Shown here: positions 58,710 through 64,000 of the stretch, in pieces | How the letters are laid out: every line of letters begins with the position of its first letter | Numbering within the stretch: position 1 is the stretch's first letter | NCBI GenBank assembly: GCA_031414775.1 | Contig: JANOQI010000057.1 | Coordinates: 37,709-101,708, forward strand | Origin: Synechococcales cyanobacterium VAR_4_metabat_354 | GTDB taxonomy: Bacteria > Cyanobacteriota > Cyanobacteriia > Cyanobacteriales > Chamaesiphonaceae | Length of the DNA: 64,000 bases | Direction: 5' to 3' | The notes under the pieces: model-generated | Databases searched by the model: none | Told to the model about the DNA's origin: nothing | What the model saw: the letters and a program-made list of their open reading frames with translations, nothing else | Made by a program: the position numbers and the translations under genes

Positions 58710-58748
58710 AAAAGCTAGTCTTTAATCGAGACAGGCTTTTATTTTTTC
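58710..58748 (+). terminator. Hairpin/terminator after tRNA-Val
   Basis: AAAAGCTAGTCT...AGACAGGCTTTT followed by ATTTTTT. Confidence 0.55.
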
Positions 58749-58760
58749 ATCTCACAATAT

Positions 58761-58789
58761 TTGCATCTTCAACTAGTCTCTGATATAGT
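58761..58789 (+). promoter_or_regulatory. sigma70-type promoter of tRNA-Leu
   Basis: TTGCAT-17 nt-TATAGT. Confidence 0.6.
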
Positions 58790-58834
58790 CAGAGATCGGC
58801 AACCACAAAACCTCAAGAATCACAAAATCGATTT

Positions 58835-58917
58835 GCAGATGTGGCGGAATTGGTATACGCGCACGCTTGAGGTGCGTGTGGTCCTAGACCTTGCGAGTTC
58901 GAGTCTCGCTATCTGCA
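58835..58917 (+). tRNA. trnL: tRNA-Leu(GAG)
   Basis: GCAGATG acceptor stem, CACGC-TTGAGGT-GCGTG, long variable arm, GTTCGAGTC; CCA not encoded. Confidence 0.95.
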
Positions 58918-58994
58918 TCAAATAATAACTAGCAACTTTCAGTGCTTTTCCTTATGATTAAGGTGATCACTGGAAGTTAATTTTTATTAATATT

Positions 58995-59594
58995 TTGACT
59001 ACAATCGCTTCCCCTAGTACTTGGCATAGTTTGCAACCTATTTGGCAGGGCAGCCCAGCCACGGTGCAATCTGGTCTAGCTCACAGTCAACTGCCACCAG
59101 CTTGGCAACTTTTACTTTTGGGAGATGGTTCACCGACCCGCCACTTACAACTCCTGACCGGTGAGCCGATCGAAGTGGATGTTTTAGATATGTCGGTGGT
59201 CGGGATGGATCAAGACGGGGCACCACCCGAAATCCTGGAAATTCCAGGGCCGCGTTTGCGACGGCAAGTATGGCTGCGCACAGCCTCTGGCCAAAGGTTG
59301 GCCTATGCCACTTCCTGGTGGAATGCCGACCATGTAGATGAATATTTACAGAATCGATCGATCCCCATTTGGGCAAGTTTGGCCAGATTGCGAACGGAGC
59401 TGTATCGCGATGTACGGGGCATTTGCTGCGGTCATTCACCAATTTTGACGGCGGCCTTTGAGCCAGGACAGTTATGGAGTCGTCATTATCTCTTTTGGCA
59501 TCACGGTCAGCCCTTGACCCTGATCTATGAGGTATTTTCACCTAACCTTCAGCAATATCTGGGTCAACTGCCAGATATTGCTAAAAAATTCTGA
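58995..59594 (+). CDS. Chorismate lyase (UbiC-like, DUF98/Ycf21)
   Basis: LLGDGSPTRHL, RRQVWL, YATSWW, LTLIYEVFSP. Confidence 0.88.
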   Translation: MTTIASPSTWHSLQPIWQGSPATVQSGLAHSQLPPAWQLLLLGDGSPTRHLQLLTGEPIEVDVLDMSVVGMDQDGAPPEILEIPGPRLRRQVWLRTASGQRLAYATSWWNADHVDEYLQNRSIPIWASLARLRTELYRDVRGICCGHSPILTAAFEPGQLWSRHYLFWHHGQPLTLIYEVFSPNLQQYLGQLPDIAKKF

Positions 59595-59620
59595 ATCAGT
59601 AAATCACCAGTGTTCATACC

Positions 59621-60868
59621 GTGTCAATTTTCCGCGAACTAGCTCCCTTTCAACGTCAGCAAGTTTGGCGGCTGTTCGGGGCAGCTTTATTATTCTGGAC
59701 AAGCGTTGCCATTTTGCTGCCAACGTTGCCTATCCATTTAGAAGATATTGGTTTTGATCAGAGATCGATCGGACTAATCACCGGTGCTTTTGCTCTTGGA
59801 CTATTGCTTACCAGACCATCCCTGGGAAAAATCGCTGATATTCAGGGTCGAACGCGAGTATTAATATTAGGTAGCCTGGTCGCAACTAGTGCCCCACTGG
59901 GATATTTGGTATTGCAACAACTTTGGCCATTGTTCTTGCTCCGCGCTTATCACGGCTTAAGTATTGCCGCCTTTACCACCGCCTTCAGTGCCTTGGTAGT
60001 AGATATCGCCCCACCACAGCAGCGTGGCCAACTAATTGGCTATATGAGCCTAGCCAACCCCATTGGAGTCGCCATGGGGCCAGCGATCGGCGGCTTTTTC
60101 ATTGATAGTAATGGTACAAATAATTTTCTGGCTATTTTCCTGTTGTCGGCGGGGTTGGGGCTAGGCAGTTTACTGCTAGCAGTAAGTGTTAAAGAACAGT
60201 CCAGACCGGGTTTGGCGACGGAGCAGGATCAATCCTCAGCCTTCGATGCTGTCTGGCAAACGATTACGGCTAAACAGTTATTAGTACCAACCTTGGTTCT
60301 ATTACTAGTGGGTTTTCCCTTTGGAGCGCTACATACCTTTGTGCCGCTGTACATTAAAAGCAGTGCGGTTGCTCTTAATCCAGGTTGGTTTTATACCGCA
60401 GCGGCACTGTCTAGTTTCTCGGCGCGGTTATTCTTGGGAAGGGCAACCGATCGATATGGACGAGGGATTTTTATTGCGGGTAGTTTGATCCTCTATGCCC
60501 TCGCGATGACTTTACTAGCCACATCACATTCGGCAGTTCAGTTCTTGTTAGCAGCCGTTCTAGAAGGTCTCAGCTTCGGTACCCTAATGCCGACGATCGT
60601 AGCTTTATTGACCGATCGCTGTCCGATCGATCGGCGGGGACGAGTAATTACGATTAGTATTGCGGGCTTAGATTTGGGGATTGCGATCGCCGCCCCAGTA
60701 TTTGGTCTGATGGTGCCCCAGATTGGTTATGCCGGTATTTTTGGGCTAGGAGCAGGCATGGCGCTACTGGCACTGATTTTGTTTAGCGGCTGGGCTAATC
60801 CGAGCGTGAGCAGCTCGATCGGTTTTGCGACAGGCAAGGAAGAAGATAAATTTGTAGTTAGCCTGTAA
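59621..60868 (+). CDS. MFS transporter
   Basis: About 12 TMs; GKIADIQGR and GRATDRYGR motif A. Confidence 0.92.
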   Translation: MSIFRELAPFQRQQVWRLFGAALLFWTSVAILLPTLPIHLEDIGFDQRSIGLITGAFALGLLLTRPSLGKIADIQGRTRVLILGSLVATSAPLGYLVLQQLWPLFLLRAYHGLSIAAFTTAFSALVVDIAPPQQRGQLIGYMSLANPIGVAMGPAIGGFFIDSNGTNNFLAIFLLSAGLGLGSLLLAVSVKEQSRPGLATEQDQSSAFDAVWQTITAKQLLVPTLVLLLVGFPFGALHTFVPLYIKSSAVALNPGWFYTAAALSSFSARLFLGRATDRYGRGIFIAGSLILYALAMTLLATSHSAVQFLLAAVLEGLSFGTLMPTIVALLTDRCPIDRRGRVITISIAGLDLGIAIAAPVFGLMVPQIGYAGIFGLGAGMALLALILFSGWANPSVSSSIGFATGKEEDKFVVSL

Positions 60869-60904
60869 GAGCAAGTCCTACAGACTAGTTAAGTTAAATC
60901 TCTC

Positions 60905-61306
60905 TTAACAACCATCTTCTTGCCTAGATAACAGACGATCCATTACTTCTGTCTGATTCGGCGCAATTACTTGTAGGTGCACATAGTCTTGTTCTTGAGG
61001 CTGCCAGACCACCCGGTATTGGGTGTTGCCGTTATTCCAAGTATAAAGACGCTTGTTACCTTGATGAATGATCGTCGCTCCTCGGAGATTGATCGACTTA
61101 CCTGTTCTTAAATCGTAGGCCGAATAGCGGTAAACACCATTTTGTTCACTAACTGTGACTGTCCAATTGCCATCACGAAAAGTACCAATAGGCGGAGCAA
61201 CTGAGGCAACTGCTTGGGACTGAGCCGCAGCAGGATGAGAAAAATTGTCTGCTAGAGGTACAACTAATCCCACCATTACCGCAGTCACCAAAGCATGAAA
61301 TCTCAT
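60905..61306 (-). CDS. Small secreted beta-rich protein (paralog A)
   Basis: Signal peptide; highly similar to 61579..62010. Confidence 0.8.
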   Translation of the reverse strand: MRFHALVTAVMVGLVVPLADNFSHPAAAQSQAVASVAPPIGTFRDGNWTVTVSEQNGVYRYSAYDLRTGKSINLRGATIIHQGNKRLYTWNNGNTQYRVVWQPQEQDYVHLQVIAPNQTEVMDRLLSRQEDGC

Positions 61307-61340
61307 TCAATAATCCCCAAGTTGTCCATTGCTTAAGATT

Positions 61341-61367
61341 AACTACACTCAAGAATGTCTAAGTTCC
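61341..61367 (-). promoter_or_regulatory. ECF-type promoter, copy 1 (GGAACT-N15-GTAGTT)
   Basis: Same motif and spacing occur upstream of both paralogs. Confidence 0.6.
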
Positions 61368-61578
61368 AGAAACGTTAAAAAAATCAGCCGATTTTGGCCA
61401 TCTCTGATTAGAACAGCAGTGATTTGGTTTAACTTCGCTAGGCGACATTCAAAAGCTAGTACCAGAAACCGATACTGGTTCTGGTTTTAGGTAGTGGCTA
61501 GGCTGACCGGATCATTAATAGATCAGCCTAACCATTGATCAAAAGCAGAACGAAGTTGCAATCAACATTTAGTTATTA

Positions 61579-62010
61579 CTAACTGTGACAACCTTCTTCT
61601 TGTCTGGATAGCAAACGATTCAAAACTTCTTGCCGATTAGGTTTAATCACTTGCAGGCGTACATAATCTTGATCCTGTGGCTGCCAAGTCACCCGATATT
61701 TAGTATCACCATTATGCCAAGTATAAAGACGTTTACTACCTTGACTAGTAACTACAGCTCCTAATAGTTCGATCGACTTACTAGTTTTTTGATCGTAGCC
61801 AGTATATCGATAGACACCATTTTGTTCACTGACTGTCACGAGCCAATTGCCATCGCTAAAAGTACCCATCAATGGACTAGGCAATAGTCTGGGCAGTGGA
61901 ACTGCCTGGGTAACTTTGCGAGAATGGGCAGTGGCAGGACTAGAAAACGAAGTTACCAACGGACTAGCCATTCCCATCAAGATAGCAGCCGCCAAAGCAT
62001 AAACTTTCAT
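61579..62010 (-). CDS. Small secreted beta-rich protein (paralog B)
   Basis: GTF.DGNW.VTVSEQNGVYRY...KRLYTW.NG.T.YRV.WQPQ.QDYV.LQVI.PN...RLLSRQE.GC shared with paralog A. Confidence 0.8.
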   Translation of the reverse strand: MKVYALAAAILMGMASPLVTSFSSPATAHSRKVTQAVPLPRLLPSPLMGTFSDGNWLVTVSEQNGVYRYTGYDQKTSKSIELLGAVVTSQGSKRLYTWHNGDTKYRVTWQPQDQDYVRLQVIKPNRQEVLNRLLSRQEEGCHS

Positions 62011-62042
62011 CCGAAAACCTTTAGTATTGAGTTGTTAAAAGT

Positions 62043-62069
62043 AACTACACTTACCCAAATCTCAGTTCC
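62043..62069 (-). promoter_or_regulatory. ECF-type promoter, copy 2 (GGAACT-N15-GTAGTT)
   Basis: Identical -35 and -10 boxes to copy 1 with a diverged spacer. Confidence 0.6.
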
Positions 62070-62121
62070 GGAAATGTCTAAAACATAAATCAACAGTCAG
62101 CCAAAACGATGATGAGTACTA

Positions 62122-62724
62122 TCAGCTCAGCTTGGTAATCAACTCTTGAAGCCGCAGATGACCATGGTGGAAAACCGACCAACCATCACCAACTAGCACC
62201 GCTTCAATTTGTTTTAACTCCGCTAAACGTCGTACCGAATTAATGGCTTGGGATCGATCGAACAACTTACCATCTGGTAATAACATCAGTGAGCCAGCTT
62301 GGTGTGCTCGGACTAAATCACCAGTAATTAAAGTAGTTGTTTGTAGTAACAAGGCCAACTCGCCCGGAGTCTTAGAACCGTGGAGTTCGATCGCCTCCAG
62401 CCCTGGCAAAATCGAATCACCATCAGCCAGCCAACGTTGCACTGGAATGGGGAAAGAATCTTGCTCACCGATCGGAGCAGCAATTTGAGCACCAGTTTTT
62501 TCGGCGACTACCTGACTGGCACGCAAATGATCAGAATTAGTGATCACAATCCATTGAGCGCCACCCAAAGACTGGAGGTGTGCCCAGTCGTGGTCAGATA
62601 GCGGCAGCGGATCGATCAAGACATTTCCGGCAGGGCTAATCCAGGCCGTGCTGTGGAAATCAACATTGCGTTCGGCATCAAAAATAGACCAGCAGTAAAG
62701 ATCGTGACGGTGTAATGATTTCAT
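62122..62724 (-). CDS. MBL-fold metallo-hydrolase-like protein
   Basis: VLIDP, ITNSDH.R, GSKTPGE, ITGDL, VLVGDG; ATG at 62724. Confidence 0.85.
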   Translation of the reverse strand: MKSLHRHDLYCWSIFDAERNVDFHSTAWISPAGNVLIDPLPLSDHDWAHLQSLGGAQWIVITNSDHLRASQVVAEKTGAQIAAPIGEQDSFPIPVQRWLADGDSILPGLEAIELHGSKTPGELALLLQTTTLITGDLVRAHQAGSLMLLPDGKLFDRSQAINSVRRLAELKQIEAVLVGDGWSVFHHGHLRLQELITKLS

Positions 62725-63028
62725 TGGTAAGCCTAAAATAAGTGCCAAGGAATATAGATGAAGAAGGTCTGATTCCCTTTTGATGGTAGCCTAACAATCA
62801 TCGGCGATAGATTCAATTTATAGATAGCCTGAGTAACGTTGATTTCATCGATATTGATTTTTGGCAATAGATCGATCGACATTCCTAAAATTCTGGCCAG
62901 ATTACTTATTGGCGTTGCATAATTAGAATATGAATATTGCAATAAAAGTTGATGCAATTCCCAGAATGCGAATCTCAACATATTCGGAAAAATGGAAAGA
63001 GAACAAGGTAAAAAATTGCGGCATCAGA

Positions 63029-64000
63029 CTACTTTGCGCCAAACCACTTGTCGTAGTTCTCTTGGTAAATGCCCTTTTCCTGTAGCATCAGCAAAGCACT
63101 ATTAATGTCTTTTCGGTAAGGACTTTGATTGGGTAAAGCGATCGCATAGTTCTCTTTGCGAAAAATACTGCCTACTAATTGCACTTTGCCTTTGCCTTCA
63201 TGAGCAGCGTAGTACAGCAAAATTGGGGCATCATAAATCACAGCATCCACTTCCGAATTAATCAAAGCAGCATAAGCCCCATCAATTTTTGGAAATGTCT
63301 GAGTTTCTAAATGCTGCTGTTGCAAATATTTAGCCGAAGTACTACCAGTTACAGTCGCGACTTTTTTGCCGGGGAGGTCATTAATTCCTTTGATGTTGGT
63401 CTGTAGTTGATCCACTGTGAGAGAGGTAGTAACGGTAGCCGTAAAATAAGCAATAAACACGACGCTGATAAACATCCACAGTATGGCTGTAATTCTTCCC
63501 AAAGCTCCTTTGGGCATCTCTTCTGCCTGGGTTGCTAGAGTCGCTGCTGCCCACCAAAAAGCTTTGAAGATTCCTGGAAAATAAGAGCTATTTTGTAGAA
63601 ACCCACCTTTATGATTTCGCTCTACCAGCCATACAATATGGCCAGGAATCAAAATGATAATGAGCATAATGCCCAATAAATTGAGCAGTGCCGGGTTGAA
63701 AATCAAACTGAGCAATCGCCAGACCGAATTCTTTGTCCCCTGACTCTGCACTAATATCTGCAATCCTGAATCAAAAATCGGCTGAGAGAAATCTATTTCC
63801 TTTTCTCGCTGCGCTGTGACAGAAATTGCTCCCACTCCCAAATCTACTTGTTCAGACTTAACAGCAGCTAAGAGATCGCTAATACTTGCAGTCTTTTTAA
63901 ATTCAAACTTCACTTTCATTTCTTCAGCAATCTTGTTCCACAGATCAATGCTAAAGCCGCTTAGTTGACCATTCTCTTCGGTGACAAAAGGTGGCAGTAC
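63029..64000 (-). CDS. GluR0-like ligand-gated channel (split substrate-binding domain around a 2-TM pore); 5' end lies outside the window
   Basis: LPPFV..GFSIDLW, ISVTAQREK.IDFS, TM-pore-TM, DAVIYDAP, YAIAL..SP.RK.IN; the frame stays open to the window end. Confidence 0.88.
   Translation of the reverse strand, partial: VLPPFVTEENGQLSGFSIDLWNKIAEEMKVKFEFKKTASISDLLAAVKSEQVDLGVGAISVTAQREKEIDFSQPIFDSGLQILVQSQGTKNSVWRLLSLIFNPALLNLLGIMLIIILIPGHIVWLVERNHKGGFLQNSSYFPGIFKAFWWAAATLATQAEEMPKGALGRITAILWMFISVVFIAYFTATVTTSLTVDQLQTNIKGINDLPGKKVATVTGSTSAKYLQQQHLETQTFPKIDGAYAALINSEVDAVIYDAPILLYYAAHEGKGKVQLVGSIFRKENYAIALPNQSPYRKDINSALLMLQEKGIYQENYDKWFGAK

Noticed and set aside
62733..62981. 82-aa ORF between the MBL-fold and channel genes
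   Set aside because: No family features recognised; cannot be supported without a homology search.

Overview
This is a cyanobacterial chromosome window: petM, ycf39, a SigF/SigJ-type sigma factor, Uma2/Rpn-type genes and abundant CGATCG/HIP1 sites all point that way. Most of it is housekeeping (ndk, purK, tRNA nucleotidyltransferase, cysW, nadK, pdxA, holB, ylqF, tRNA-Arg/Val/Leu), but two envelope loci stand out. (1) 14.1-24.7 kb is a five-gene DUF11/beta-barrel/OmpA cluster. Its largest DUF11 protein carries an N-terminal Asn strand and ends in an apparently incomplete DUF11 domain, suggesting a donor-strand or isopeptide-linked surface fibre. It lies next to a SigF/SigJ gene and contains an internal GGGAATACT promoter motif. 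(2) 30.7-37.4 kb, beside tRNA-Arg, holds a GH18-CE4-GT2 fusion synthase, a GH46 chitosanase and a divergent TPR-porin fusion, which together resemble a complete synthase-dependent export system for a chitosan-like polymer. Smaller points are a frameshifted feoB remnant with a Fur-like box, an orphan higA, a photolyase lacking the Fe-S cysteines, a GluR0-like channel without the GYG filter, and duplicated secreted proteins sharing an ECF-type promoter. All assignments come from reading motifs by eye; no searches were run.
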